Translations under genes and position numbers: made by a program
Source: Tubiluchus corallicola
Lineage: Eukaryota; Animalia; Priapulida
Assembly (NCBI GenBank): GCA_030141605.1
Contig: JAQGDQ010000014.1
Span: 868,001 to 932,000 of the forward strand
DNA length: 64,000 nucleotides
Reading direction: 5' to 3'
Notes under the pieces: generated by a model
Told to the model about the DNA's origin: nothing
What the model saw: the letters and a program-made list of their open reading frames with translations, nothing else
Database searches by the model: none
Shown here: positions 11,889-27,400 of the stretch, piece after piece
Position numbering within the stretch: position 1 is the stretch's first letter
Layout of the letters: the number at the start of each line of letters is the position of its first letter

Positions 11889-14800
11889 AATTGGCTTTAG
11901 TATTAATGTGGAAGTGATCTTCCGATTTTTGGTAGATGGTTCTTTGAGATGTGACATGTACACGCTTTTGTACTGTACAACACAGTGAACATACACTCAA
12001 CTTGTGTGCATTATGCATTTTGCTGTGTATGCCGCACTGCACCCTTTCCCACTTTACCTGATGACCATTTACCTATACGTTATTATCACATTTTTGTGTA
12101 TGCTTACACACTTCTATCACTAACATATATTGTATTAAAATTTTTATTTCGGAAGGGACAGAAAGTATTGATTACTTCTTTTAATCAGTAACATTTGTAT
12201 AAGGTCCATGTCATACAGAGCTACCTGATTGCAAAATGAATTTGGCCATTAATTTCATTTGCCATAAGGCATTTTGGGATAATTTTGTGGTAATTAGCAT
12301 GTTTGTGGTTTTTACTGTTCACAATTCATTTATGCCATGAAAATTCACAACAAATTGGTCTCATAAATGTTAAAAAGCAATTTTTAGGCACAATATTTCA
12401 CTAACACTGCAATTAAATATGTGCATTGCCGAAGCAGATTATGGCAAAACTTCTTATTATTTCCGTATAGTAAGGAGCATACGGCGGATTAAGATATGCA
12501 CCTTATAGAAGATGGAGGACATCTTATGGTTTACAGATTATGGCTTCTTCTTTATGCCGTCCTCTGCGTGACACGGGCCTAGCGGTTACTTAAAACAGCA
12601 TGCCATCGAAAACTCAATCTTACATTCAATACAATGATTTGCTGAAATCTGCATGCTTTAGCCTAGGTTTAAGTAAATCAATAATTATTCTTTCTGAATT
12701 TCAGAAATCATATAGCTTGAAGGAACATTTGTCCCTCGTGCCACCGAAGCAGCATCATTTCACGGTCTTGTATGTTAACAATCCCAACAATTTGTTTGCT
12801 GGCTCTATAATTATCCTAAGATTGCTGTATTGATTGTAGTCATTGTAATGCATAACACTATGTAGAATGATTAAGTGATATGGCATAAACACTGCATAAA
12901 AATTGTGGTTTTTAATGATGTAATAAATCAGTGAACCATGGTTGCTTACTCAGTGTTTATATTAATAACTCTGTAAATAACAGTTGTGTGCATCTGATGT
13001 GTCAATATGACTTGCTTCTGTCTTACTTAAAAAAGTTCCAACAATGAATTTGAGATTGTTGCACTACTTAAATCATGATTGCTTGTTTGGATCTATGTAA
13101 CTTTGTTAACATTCCTTCTATTGTGTCTTGTAGACAAAAAAATCGGGTTTTTAAACTACTGTTCTGTGATCATGCTAGTTTCCTTTTATTTTCAATGTTA
13201 AATTATTTGTGTGCTTACCTAAGGGATAATTACCTAAAACTGAAAACTTATCAACTGTTTCTGCTTTACTATTTTTGCAGAAAACGTACATAGTAATATA
13301 GTTACATAATGTGTTTTATTTTATGGTGTTAGGTTGGATTATCACACATTTTGGTACTGCCAAAACTGCTTTGTCAAGCTGTGTAGAATTTCATACGATT
13401 AACGTAGGTGTCATAAAAAGACACTTTTCGTTGATACTCTGCAAAACGTGTTTTCAGTTCTTTGCGTACTCTGTTGTCGTATTAATCATGCGATCTTGCT
13501 GAGCAAAATATTTATTTAAATTATTATTATAGCATTCAGTAAAACTAAAATGTGATATTTAGAGGTGGCTATTAAAAGAACTAATGCTTCGACTACATTA
13601 TGAAATTTATACGTACAAAAAAGAATTTTCGTGATTATGGATCCTCTAACCAGTGCATCTTGACAAATTGCTACAAAATCTAGAATTCTAAATAGCAGGA
13701 TGTGATTTTAATTATTACATATTATCTCAAATGATTTTTTTGTTACTATATTTACTGTTTGGGTAATAAAGCTCACAGCATAAAATTGTATTACTATTAC
13801 TATTATTATTATTATTAATGTAAATTGTATTTATACAGGCATTATGGCTTTATTTACTGAAATCATTGTACTAATAAAATTAATTATCATAATTTACTTG
13901 TTAGCACATTGCTATTCGCCATACATTGGCTAGATCCATTGGGTTTAATATTTTTTCTTTTCTTTCCCCAATCATTCCTTTGTTTTTCAAAAGTAATCCA
14001 ACTGATTTTCAAACATCTTTTAACATTATAATATTGACCCATAATTACAACTTCAAAAGCCGGAAGTTAAAATTTTTATGCAATTTCAACAAATAATTTA
14101 TTTTACTGGTGACAGAAAAATAATTATTACAGCATAACTTATCATTGCTTATAGAAAATAATAAACACTATTATATAGACATATATAACTAGTAATGGAA
14201 AAATCAACGGCATTTACTGCTTTACGGCAATATATTGTATAAAAAATAAACAATATTACAAAAAAACAAATATTTAATGTATTTTACGCAAAATCATGAT
14301 ATCCAAATCTCTCAGATTACAAGGTGATCAATGAAAAAGCTTTCCACAATGAAAAATATTTTTAAATATTTATAGTGGAACAAACAAGAAGAAAAAATGA
14401 CTTTCTTCTAGTGGAAAGTATGAAACATGGGGACCAAATATTTGTGGCTAAGCTGATTTAAATTTGGGGTAAGCAGCCCAATAAATGTACAGCTATTCAG
14501 CATACGTGACCTTATGAAACCCAGAAATTTATGAAATTTGAAGCAAATGGTTTTTTGGGTAAGTTCATTGCAAAAATGAGCAAACCTAGGCATGTTTTGT
14601 AGAGAGAAGATGTAACGGTTTGAGGTCTAGACAATGAGCTAGGCTCTGGTCTCCACACCACCACCTACATTGAGCATGCCTGACAGTGAAAGATGGATTG
14701 AAACACATAATCAGTTAGCACCATCTATGCATACTCAACAGAAGTGCAAACTCATTACAGTGAAATTAATTAATTAATCAATTTAAAGAAAAGGACAAGT

Positions 14801-15449
14801 CTTCTAGGAAATTAAGCTTTATTTTATTGTTCAATAAAAGTGTTAGAAGGATTCAGTAATAAAAGTGCTAAAAGCGCCTTGTGTAATTAGTAAAATCGCT
14901 TTATAGTCGCGATCATTTCATGCCTGGGCGCTCCATTTTAAAAGCACATTCTTCCACCAATGACATCATTCATCAACCGTAGAAAAACAGTGCACTGTTA
15001 GTTTCCAAAAATTTAAGTTTTCACAAAAAATGAAATAACTAATGCATAAACATAGCTAATGCCACAGAAGTTTGAATTAATTTAAGCAGTGCATGCTTAT
15101 GAAAAGTCATGAAATCCACCAGTTATATCATAACTATCATGTAAATGGCATTACCAGGATGCCTGAAAAATTCTTTATTTCAGTAGTATAAATTAACTTT
15201 ATGCTTTATAGACAGTTTTTTGCAAGTTTCTTTTCTTTCCTTTAAAATGTGAGCAGCTCTGCTACCTGGATCTGCAGCTGTAATTTGAGGTTAAAACACC
15301 TTTAAGGTTTAAAGATTTTACTTTTAAACAGAATTTCAATGCAAACAAAATTAAATCATATTTTGTAAATTCACGAATTTTAACATCGTTTATATCATTT
15401 CTGGCGGTTGCGTTAGAAATATTAATTTCATTACTAATTAATTACATGC

Positions 15450-18400
15450 TCATATAATTCGTTCATAGAACAATAGATAAGCTTGTGCCTTCAATACCGT
15501 CGCTTCTGATACTTCTCTTACGTGAGTATCACTGACATAGTACCATTTACCGTCAACAGCACAACCGTCAGCACCAAACTCAGCTACACAGTTGTTTAGG
15601 CAACTTGATGCTAAAATGCTGTTACCCAAAAATCCGCTTAACTTACTGCACAAGAAAGACCTGGTGATGTTAGTGTCGAGTCTTACTTTAACGTAACCGG
15701 TATAATGTCCTGAACGCATTGAACCACTGTGCTCAACAACTCCGTACAAAGAATAAAGGATCTTAGTCTGACCTGGTTGTATGCCCTGTAAAAAAATTAT
15801 GTACAATTAAAAATAATAAAACAAGGATTTTTTACTATGTTTTTAGGTGGAAAAAGTAAAAGTCAAAGTAGTGCACACTGCAAAAAGATTACAGTTTTTA
15901 GAGGGGTTAACAATATATCAAACTTGTACAAATGTGCACTAAATAAAATTTTCTGTTTATTGTTTATCTGTGCAATAAAATGCATAATGTGTTAAATTCC
16001 TATATGCCACGCATTACTGAACCTTCATGAGAAAGTTGAGAAGCATTACTGATATCTTTTATGAGTTCAATATCTCCACGCATTTACATTATTTCAACGT
16101 TTATTTTAAAATGGTTCAATAAAGACGAAATTGTGATGGAATGTACCGATTCTATAAGCAAGGACTTACCAATCAGACTTACCATGTTAATAACCAAGGA
16201 TTACAAGTCTCTACAGAGAAGGTAAGGGAAATAAAACTGAAAGTTTTTGCAGCGACAAACACTCACCAGACAATTTGAACTGCAAAATGGTGCAACATCC
16301 AGTGTGATGGGAAATTCAACATGGAGGGTGATTTTCCTTAAAGTGAATCCGACCTGTTGGAATCTCTTGAGGTGTAGAGTCAGAACCACAGGTGGGTTAT
16401 ACACTAAGAACTGCTTACTGGCATTGCAGTACACAGTTGCAACCTTCTTCTCTGTAAAAACAGTAACACGTAGTTACTAAGATCACTTTTTGGCATTTAA
16501 TTAATTACTGTTGATTTAGCTGAAGGTAGCAAACAATTACCTAACTAATGAAATGTTTGTTATTACTATAAAGTTAATCTCATACTGTAAAAAACCTCGA
16601 ACCATCAATGTTAGCAAAACACAGTTACAGCTTATTGTTGCGTCAAACTACAAGCAAAGCAATGCACTTCAACTTTAAACTCCACCTTTTCCTGTTTAAA
16701 AACATGGAAATTCTATACAATTATTCAAAATTTCTAACCAAAAATGCACAACTTCTGCTTAGTTTAACACAAATTCTGGAAGAATGGTGTAAAAAAGTGA
16801 AGAAATTTTCAAGCAGCATTCATTGTAATGTAAGACTAAAACTTGTACTAGAAATGACATTAATCTTGAATATCATAGTACATGTAATAAATTACCACAG
16901 AACTAAGACAAAAGAGAAACTGCAAAGAAATCATACTTAATGGAAAGAAATCAGATTAATTTATATCTGTCAATGGATGGTCACAAATTACTATGTAAAA
17001 GTAAAGTTTCAAAATCTGTCACTGAAATGGATTTAGCTTAAAAAAAATTAATAAATGTGCTTTAACAAACTTCTGAACATCCCATATTTGGAGTCTGAAC
17101 AATTCTGAAAAATTAATAAAATGACTCACCCATTTCTTTAGATTTTAACTTTGTGCATTTATCACATCCAAACTTGTTACTGCCAGTGAGCAGTTCAGCT
17201 GCAGTGAACTGACTGAGACAGGAAGCAACACTGCACACTCCGGAATCTAGTATCTGTCGCTCCGCTAGAGGCTGCTGCAGTTGCCATCTGTTAGCCCGCT
17301 TCTTTTCGGCAGACTTTGACACATTATATTTTAACTTTATGCTATTTGTATTCTGTTGTGGTAATCGTTCAGCTTTCTTATCACTGGGCAACTGTTCAAT
17401 ATCACGATTATCGTCAGTTTTATCCACACTGTTTGGCGTGTCTCTGCCAAAACTAAAACTTTCTGGTGAAGCCAGTGGAGCACATGTGTACAGTACTTTA
17501 TCAATCGCATGTCCGTTGTATTTAACTTCATCATTTGCTACACTAACATTAGAAATGCACTTAGCCTTTACCTCATCATGATTATTGACCACTTCACTAT
17601 TTAAATCAGAAATGGTTTGCATTTCTTCGTTGTCTACTGAATATTTGTTACTAGGTACACCACTAATATGCACAGATGCACATGTGACGCCATGATGATG
17701 AGTTAAACTGTTTTTGTTGGAAGTGGCTTCAGCTCCCCCGTGTAGCCCACTGTCATTCAGAAGCTTTGTTTCACTAATGGTCAAGGTTTCCAGCTTTGAG
17801 CAAACAAGAGATGAGTCAATGGCTTCTTGCTTTGCTAAAATATACACAATATATTTGTTGCAAGTATGCAAACTATAAAAAAACGTTTGACAATGTTGCT
17901 ATAGGACAATGTGTAAAAAAGTGAATGTTCACCAAGCTTCTTCAGATTAAATGCAACACGTTGAGCCAAGAGTACGAGATTTACAGGGCTATGGTCTGAG
18001 TTTTACCTTTTTCCGAAAGATTATAAAGTTTAAGTTGCCGGGTGATTTATAGAGTTAGGAGGATGCATCTTAAAATCTTTAATAATGCAGCACAGCCTAT
18101 TTATCAGAATAAAAGAATGTCTGACATTGTCTATATTAATAGCCATAGCCTACTTTAAGCTCTCAGTTTTGAAGTACTGTGACCTTCAAACTGAACCCTG
18201 AACCTTTACATATTATCACATCTAATAGTTTTTGCCTATTATGAGAATTAAGGGGCAGAATTCGAAATTCAAGGATCTATTAAAGAAAAATTAGTGAAAT
18301 TTTAATGCCACACTATAATGTGTAACATGAACAGTGTGTCTGAATGTGTGTATGCAGACATTATTAAAGCATTATATTTAGATAAATGTGGATAAACTTA

Positions 18401-21400
18401 AACAAAAACAAGTGTTTTAGTGAACTTACAAGCATTATTTCCTTCTGCAACATTGTCTATTATAGAACCAGATCTAGTTCTTGCTACATCACTATCTGCA
18501 TTGTCTTCTACATCAGCACCATCTGTTGACCAAAAATGAAATGGTAAAGCAAAATATTAAGAAGAATATAACAGGTAAAGAATAACTTGACTGTTGATGC
18601 AAAGAAAAAGTTTGCCACAAAAGTTATTGTCCGAAATGAATCTAGTTTTGGACAGGGATGTGCTGATCTGATATAGAATGATCGGAGATCGGCAAACAAA
18701 CCTGCATATCGAAATAGATCAGAGATCGGGCCAATAATTTTCTAATATCGGCAATAGCAACGTCAATGTTAAATTTTTTCCCGAAAGTAAATTTTTGGTC
18801 TGAAATCACTTAAAATAAACTTTGATTGAGCATTTTGTTATTAGCGTATAATGAATGCACTCGTAATAAACACTTACGGTCATTAATCTGAGCAGTTTTG
18901 TCAAAAATTCTATTTCATTTTCATGATGCCATTTACATGCAAGTGTCGCCATTTTTAAGAGTTGACTGAGCCGCAAAACGTAAGAGTTTGGCTAAAGCAC
19001 GTGTTGCATATGTGTGAAATGCAAATGTATTCAACTTCAAGCTTTGTAACTGTTACGCCGTTATCAAGCTATCACATGTTTCTTTCGTGTCTACAATTTA
19101 ACACGAAACATTATCAATAGTTTTTTTCACCGGGAGTTGATTTTATGTGCAATTAAAATCCCATTTGCTATGGGAAGTGAAATATGTCACTGAGTAAATT
19201 ATCTGAAGCTGATCCTAACAAAGATAACTAAAGGAATTCTTCATAAAACAATAGCTATAAACATCACTTAAGTGTACAAAACTAGCACACAATTAGGACT
19301 TTAAACTAGTACACAATTAGTACTTTACAGAAGGACAAAGATGTCATAATTATATTTTATGTTGACTTCCAATAATTACAACATGAAGAGCAGTTGCAGC
19401 AGTTATAATACAATCATATCACGTTTGGTCTGATATCGGATCGGATCAGATCAGCCAATAGCAATACGCAAAAATAATCAGTATCGGATCGGCACACAGC
19501 TTCCTATGTGCCTGATTTTGGAAAGAGAACATGACCTTCTAAAAAAACGTGGATGTTTTTTCAGTGTCCGATTATGTCTGACAAAGAAAAGTAGCTTCTA
19601 AAAAATCAAAATACATCTAAAAACAAAACTTTATACCACACAAATCGCATTTATAATACTTATAATAAGGCTACAAGCGTTTCATTAAAAGTTTTACAGC
19701 TCCAATGACACAAAGTTTTAGTTCTATACATTTTTAGACAATTTCCAAAAAATACATAGATCAAAAACATACATTTATTATGTCAATCACTTATGGGTAA
19801 TAGATTTTCTGCAGCAGCCCTTGATAATTATTCAAATTTTTCATGTATTGTAAAGATTATTAGGAAGCTAATGCAATTTAAAGTAACAAAGCAACATTAT
19901 AGCTAACAAAGCTGTAGTAACATGATGTATAGTCCGATCAAAATAAGATATGACTTGGTTAAAAATAAAAAATAATGTAAGCCTGAATTTTTGCACAGAC
20001 ACCAGAACGTTGTCTAGAATAATACATAAAAAATCTATTTTGGGCAAAAAGTTATGGGGCTTTAAATTCAAAATTGCCACCAATACTGCTTTAAAGTCAA
20101 AATAAGTCACAAGGCGAATTTTAAAAGGCATAAATATATTACCAACTAATACAAAAGTGCAAATGGCCTATCAGAAAAATAGTGTTTCAAGGTCAGTCAA
20201 AGAGGCCACCAACAGCATAAAAGCCAAGATAACTCAACTAGAGAGCATTTAAGATGGCATAAAGGTATTAACAGCTGATAAAAACATGGCATATGCTTGC
20301 TGACTTACTGTTATGGTTGTCAGCAATGCATAGCATCCATTTCTGGATGTTGTAGTTCTAAATTTAGCCAAATACGTCTATAGGCCATCATGGGACATCA
20401 TCTATGTCGTCAATCTCAGATACGTTATCAATCAATTCCTCCTTATTTTGACAAGTCTGCCAGTGACGATTGTAACAAGCTGCCACACAGTACAAACAAT
20501 CTGCTTTGCAAGAGCATGTTGCCGTTAATACACTTTTCCATCAGCTGTCAATACCTTTATGCCATCTTAAATGTTTCCTAGTTCAGTTATTTTGACTTTA
20601 AAGCAGCATTAGTGCCCATTTTGAATTTAAAGCCTATAACTTTTTCCCCAAAGTGGATTTATGGAGATTTTTGATATGTTATTCTAGGCGAATTTCTGTG
20701 TGTCTGTAAAAAGATTCAGCCATACACTATTTTGTTTGGGTAAGAGTTATTTTTGAGGGGCTAATTTGACTGGACTAGTAGGCAAATCATGAGTATTACG
20801 TAAGTACTATGTAGCTACAAATGCAAAAAATGAACTAAGTTAAAAACGCATTTAAAAATAATAAGCATACCAGTTGCATCAGATTCAGAATCATGTCTTA
20901 GCTTCATATCACTGTCATTCTCAACATTGTCAGCATCCAATACATGATTTACATTATCTTCCCTACCACTGGTGTCTAAATCCAGTGCATCATGACTATC
21001 TACGTGTCCCACAGATGTAAGAGATATAGTCCTAGATCTTGAGGTCTGCTGCTTCCGTTTCTAAAAAAATTAAAGGAACACAAATTTTACATATTTGAAA
21101 TATGGTTATCAGTTACAAAAACTTCAACAAAAAATTCTACAAAACAAAAAAATCAAGGAACAAGAAAAAAATTTGAAAACAATTACACCTAATTACACCC
21201 AAAATTTAGATTGATAACCTGCATTCCACTATTAATAATTACTTGCCTTTTTCTCTATTTTCTTCTCCTTTTTCTTCTGATGCTTACTCTTTACCTGACC
21301 TCTAGCTGCTATTTCATCAATTGCATTTTGTGGTGGAGTATCATCTGCATCTGCATGACTGTTCTGCTCTTGTAGCTTTCTTGGCAATATCTTCAATAGT

Positions 21401-24400
21401 AAATAATATTAAAAAGTATTGTCTACTTTATATATCAAGTAACTAGTGATGCTCCATATTTTTGATGAATAGCAAATACAAGTAACCATCACACATGTTC
21501 ATAAAAGTATCTACAAAGGCAGGAAGAAAATACCGACAAACCTATAAGAATTCTCCAATGGATCTCTATGCTTTATAAACTTTAGCTGTTTTGCGCTAAT
21601 AGATTAAGATATTCTATATATTACCATTTGCAGGCTCTACAGAAAGGGTGTAGAGGGAGAATGTATATACATACAAATAATACAAATATGGCTGAGACAT
21701 CTCTACTGGTTCAGTAGCTCATCTAAGAGAGATATCTTTGATAGTGAGCCAGGCTCTAGTTATACCACAAACATCTCATTAAGTGGCCCAGCATTTGAGT
21801 ACTGGACTCTGGTTTGCCATCTACCAAAGTGTATAAAAAGAGTAAAAAAACTTTATAAAACTTTCACTGAAAGTGACTGTACAATTCATTTCAATCCATT
21901 TTCACTTTATTTATTCAGTGCCAGTAAAATAATTAGTAAAAAGGATTATATTTATTGCAAGCTGTTAGAAACTGCTACAATTGCATTTTTAGAAACTGGC
22001 TGGCAAATAATCATAATTATCCAACTCACTTAATTAGTATAAAAAAACAGGATTCTAAAATATATAAAGAATCACAGTGTACGATGATTTCTTTTAATTT
22101 TTATGTTATTTTTATTGTCTTTTTCAGGACATAAGATGGATTTTGTTATTCATCTAGCAATATGTCTCTCACTGTCTCACTCCATGTAACAAGATAATCT
22201 CTGTCAATAAACTACTACTGCTTCTATTACTGCTACTGCTACTGCTACTACTACTATGCTTATATAGTTACCCGTATGTGGTGATCCACAATGTCTTTCA
22301 ATCATCAATGTTTGGCACTTTCTACTTCCAGCATATTTTTTAGGGTTTGCATAGTGTCACTAATTCAAACACAGCTCAAAGTAAACGCAAAAAACAATTA
22401 ACAAAAAAGTAAACCTTCAAATAACATGCTGAAAACTCACTTGCTTTGACATTGTCATTTTCGTAAATGCCTGCCCTGGTCGCTGAGGTTTCTCTTCTGT
22501 GATTGGCAACGAAATGTCCAAGAAGTTTTCAAAGACTAGCGACGGTTCTTTGCATTCTTCACACAACACAGTACTAACCAGCTGTCCCCCAAACATGCTA
22601 TCCACCCAAGTATTCTGACCATTTTTACCATACGCTGAAATTCAATGTATTAACAGAAATACGAGAACCAACAATTTACATTAATAAATTAGAAACAACA
22701 CAACGTGTCGATAAGTAAAACTGAAATGTACTGAATTAAGGCGCTCGCAACTCACATCAGTGTACATCAGATGGTCACTTAAAATAAAAAGTGCACTAAT
22801 TTATGTTATGTGAATTTGAGCTACCAGCACAAATAGAACACGTCAGCTGAGGATTTTACAAACTACTCAAATATAGACTGTCTACTATACATATAAATGT
22901 TACAATTCTCTGACCAATCTTACATTTACTTGCTTAGCCTTGACTTGTGCTCTGATCTAACATGGGAGAAGCATCTTACAATACTGACCAAGTAAACGAT
23001 AAAAGTGAGATGCCTGTATCATACTGGAAAATAAGTAACTCGTAATCATAATAGCATCATAACTCGATTAATTGACCTTGTTTGGGGTACTGAAACCACA
23101 TGCGAACAGCGCAGCCTGTAACCCTAACCAGTTTGAGAAATTAAAAATTGTAAAGTGGTCCGATTTGGAGATAACCATACTATAACTATTTCACCAAATA
23201 CCTGTTACTACAACATTCTTTAGTTATGACTTTCCATGAAAAACAGTCACAGAATCTCTCACATGATTGCTTCCTAAATAAATCAAGTTAGCCAGGGGTA
23301 CTTCTAATCTGTTACTTCTCATATTTTTACCATGGAACTTTTTTAATACAGAAAAGGTGCTTATAAATCCAATTTTATTCGGCTTCTTAAATGCAGAATT
23401 CTTTTAAGGTAGCCTTAGGTTGACTATGCAATGCTATGCAAATGAGAGCAACTGAAGACTTAGTAACTGGCTGAAACTGGCGGCATACGGCACGCTGCTA
23501 GTTCCGAGTATATCCAGTTGCAACTTGCTTGAACTTGTATCTTCATAGTTGCTGGAAATCATTCGCAGTCGACCATAGCGTATCTACGATTGTTTCCCGT
23601 CATTTGAGGCAAATTGCATAGTATCGCAGGTCTTCCTAAGCTTGGCTTAACAAAACATTATTTTCATGTTAACTGCTTCACTACTTGCTTTAACAAGAAC
23701 ATCAACACTCAACAAAAACCTCATATTATTAAAATGAAGAAATTTTCTGAACATATTCATATTTTTCACTTTTAAACTATAGCTAGTGATGGTCAATTTT
23801 GAAATTTTGAAATTTGATTATAATCCTGTTCTTGAAATTTCATATCAGAATTAATCTTTTGCTAATTTTTTAGCAATATTTTCAAAACATTGCAGCACTG
23901 AAATATAGACTATAAACGTCTTCATGGCTTTTCTCGCTATATGCCATTTTCGTACTCGCAAACTATTTTTATTGAAATGCACATTTGTTAACTACTTAAT
24001 GACTACATCACTACACACGTCAAGAACTTAAAGCCCCAAATTTGCTACACTTTAGTTTGCAATTATGTACACTGTGTAAGGTCAGAAATATGAAGGAAAA
24101 ATGCAAGGATTTCGTTTTTTTCTGGTAAAACACTGCATCTTAGTGCATAACACATATTTTTTGCTGTCTATTAATCTTGATTAATCTTGATTAATTGAAT
24201 TACTGTTCAATCGCCAATTGTATCGATTTGCACATGGTTGTAATTTTGATGTAGTCGATTAATCACCCATCATTTACTGTAGCTACCACCCTGAGCGATC
24301 ATTGGCTTTGCTTATAAAGCAGTTTCTATAAAAAATACAATCAGTAACATGATGTTACATGATGTTAATAATCATCAACATCACAATACCTTTAACCTTG

Positions 24401-27400
24401 CGCTTGGTATTCTCGTCAACCTTTTTAGGATTGATATTCTCCGGAAGATGAAAAGCTTTTAGAATCCCGGCTTGATGTCGACGAATTTCTTCAGCCTTCA
24501 TTCCATCTAGTAGGTGGCGCAACAACTCGTGACTGTCTTGCTGTTGAAATCCCTTGAACCTCGGAGCTCTGACGCAATAAAACAAATAATAAAATTCTGT
24601 TACTACAGAATCAGAAAACGGGAAAAAAATGGAAAGAAAAGAAACACAAAACATGACAAAAAATATGAGTGATTTAAAAAATAGCACAGGACATGGCAAG
24701 GTGAAGAAGCCAGTTAGTCATGCAATCGATGCTATCACAGATGCAAAAAGCTCTAAAGATAATATCTTTTGCTAAGCTTAATTTATTATCACAAATACAT
24801 AAACAGCTTAAAAAAAATTCAACACTAGAAAGTTTTCTATAAACTGAAAAAATGAGTCAAATGACGACAAACAAGTAGGTAAGAAAGACACTCTATTGTT
24901 ACATTCAATTTCACAATTAAAATGGGGAAACACAAATTATGGTAATTTATAAATATTTAACATCTGTAGAAATGAAAATCAAAATATAATCCAGGCGAGC
25001 CCTGGCAAGAAGTAGTGGAACATCTTAGTTAACAATTTTTAATCACTGTAAGCATAAGGTAGCGATTGCAGTTGGAAAAGTAAAACTGATTGGCTAAGAT
25101 TGCTACTAAAAGAAAATTACATTCTCAATCTGCACAAAAGAGACCTTTACAAGCTTTTTATATACCTGCTTTTCATCAAATAGTCCGAAATGCATTTCAG
25201 CACAATGCAAGCTGGTATTAGGGACTGCTACAAATACTGAACAGTAATGGTGAGATTTGAACCTTTTTTATACTATTCTGTAAACTGAATCCAGCAGTTA
25301 TTTGCATGACCTGTACTCAATATGGTTGGCTGTAAATATATAATGTTACCAAAAATTCCTCATAATCAAGGCCATGCCTTTATGATGAAACACCGAACAG
25401 GAAACGATGTCTTAGCCAAGTATGAACATGAATGCATCTTTCCTCTACGAAGTAACCAGTCAGAATGAGCTCGGCAAATGAAACCACCCAGAGTGAGAAC
25501 CGAACAAAGTGGTTATCTATTTGCTAACGAGTCTCAGCGTTGCTTAACATTGGTCACCAAGGACCCACCATTATCACTTTAGTATAGCCCACACCTCATC
25601 TAAGTTGCCATGAAGGAAATTTTTTTAAGATGAGGCACTGAATTAAAAGAGGCATCTCAACCACATTCATATGTAAAGTTTTTTACGCACCTTCCTTCAA
25701 AGAGACAAATAGATGAAACCCATGTGGCAAATAAAATCATCTAGAAGTGATTTACTGCCAGTCATCCATCAATTTAATAACCTGTCTCAGTGCTGCTTGA
25801 CTACCAAAATCAAGCACACACTATGTCAATTTGGCTATTTCTTTTCCCTCCACGATAATCATGTTAGTCCGTTTTGAAAAGCTGACCACCTTTGTCAATC
25901 ATCAAAATCCTTACATTTTTGAAACTATGCAGTTCTTGAAGAACAATTATAAGCATTAGGATCAGAATTTTTTTCCGCATTAAGAAAAAAACAAAGTTAA
26001 AAATTAAACAACAATAAAAAAGCCAAAGATGGCTTCCTTGCACTTGACCACTAATGGCCAGCAATGGAGAAATGCATACACAGGTCCGCTTCAGACTATC
26101 CTGCACTCACTAATCTAGATTAGCTTTCAAATTTTTTAAAACAAAATAGCTTACTCATGAAGTTACGCTGTATGACCTGAGTGCTTGAAACACTTAGAAA
26201 AAAATCTAATAACAAAAACTTGCAATGGAGTTAACATCATGCATGTGCACATACTCTTTTTCTTACAATTACACTTTTCAACACTTACTTCTTACAAATT
26301 TGTCCAAAAAGTGCATTTGGAGAAAGAGTACTGCTCTTGCCAGCTGAATGCATGTCCCGTAAAAATGCTAACAATGCCTGGGTGAGAGCGCCAGATTCTG
26401 GAACTGAAACTTGCAGTGGCTCCTGCAATTTTTTGAACAAAAACACCAATTAAGAACATTTTGAAATGGCAGTACTCACAATCAGTACTACAATTATCGC
26501 ATCATCAAAGCGATGTGATCTTAAGAACCTAAAACAATTCATTTATGCAATCAAGACAACAGAAAACTAAACCACACGCACCCGGTATCATCAGGAAGAA
26601 CCTGGATTCGCATTTCAACCACTTCTCCTTAACGCCCAGACCCAGACAAGAGCGGCCATTTGCACAGCTTTATAATATAACAGAGCCTCATGTTAAGGTT
26701 TTCTAAATCTAACCACTTCATTGAATAAATGACATCACATTAAGGCAACATCAGGGCAATAATAATACAATCTAGTGTGTTCTGCAATACCTATATGCTG
26801 ATCTCTTTAGAAGTAATCGAGCTATGGATTTTTCAAACAAGTCAAAGCATAAATAAATAACAAAAAAGAAATCGTGTGATATGGTGCCATTCACTTATCG
26901 GAAAAACGGGTCGTCAATACTTACTAGTGGAAACTCATCTTTATCAGAATCACTGCTGGAGGAAAGAGAAGAGAAACCGTACTTCTCTGTTGACTGGCGT
27001 TGCAAAGTGATGACTGTATCTTTCTTACAACATTCACTCAGAAGCATCTCGAGGCAATGAGTCTGACTAATGCTCTGCAAAAATGCAGTTTTGAAAACAA
27101 TATTACAAACAAGCTCCAACAGTAAATGCACAATCATGCTATTAGTGCAACATTTCTGCTGGCTTCCAAAATCAAATGCTGTGAAGATTGTATTAGCCTT
27201 AGTTGTACATTTTTATTGTTGTTCATTGTGGTTTAATTTTGACAAGTATGTTATAGAAAAATTTAGGGTGGCATACAGTAATGGTATGAGGAAACTTTTT
27301 AAACTTCAATATGATTACAGTGCATCTCAAATGTGTATAGATTTATCTCTTCCACATTTTATTCATATACGACACAAATGTTATTATAGTTTGCTTCCTA

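Noticed and set aside
12471-12600. Terminal exon of the MAP7-like gene
   Set aside because: Several acceptors (12470, 12474, ~12536) each give a different short C-terminus; cannot choose without transcripts.
13790-13817. (TAT)n microsatellite; also (CTA/CTG)n at ~22211-22256 and poly-C at ~50023-50034
   Set aside because: Ordinary simple repeats with no further structure.
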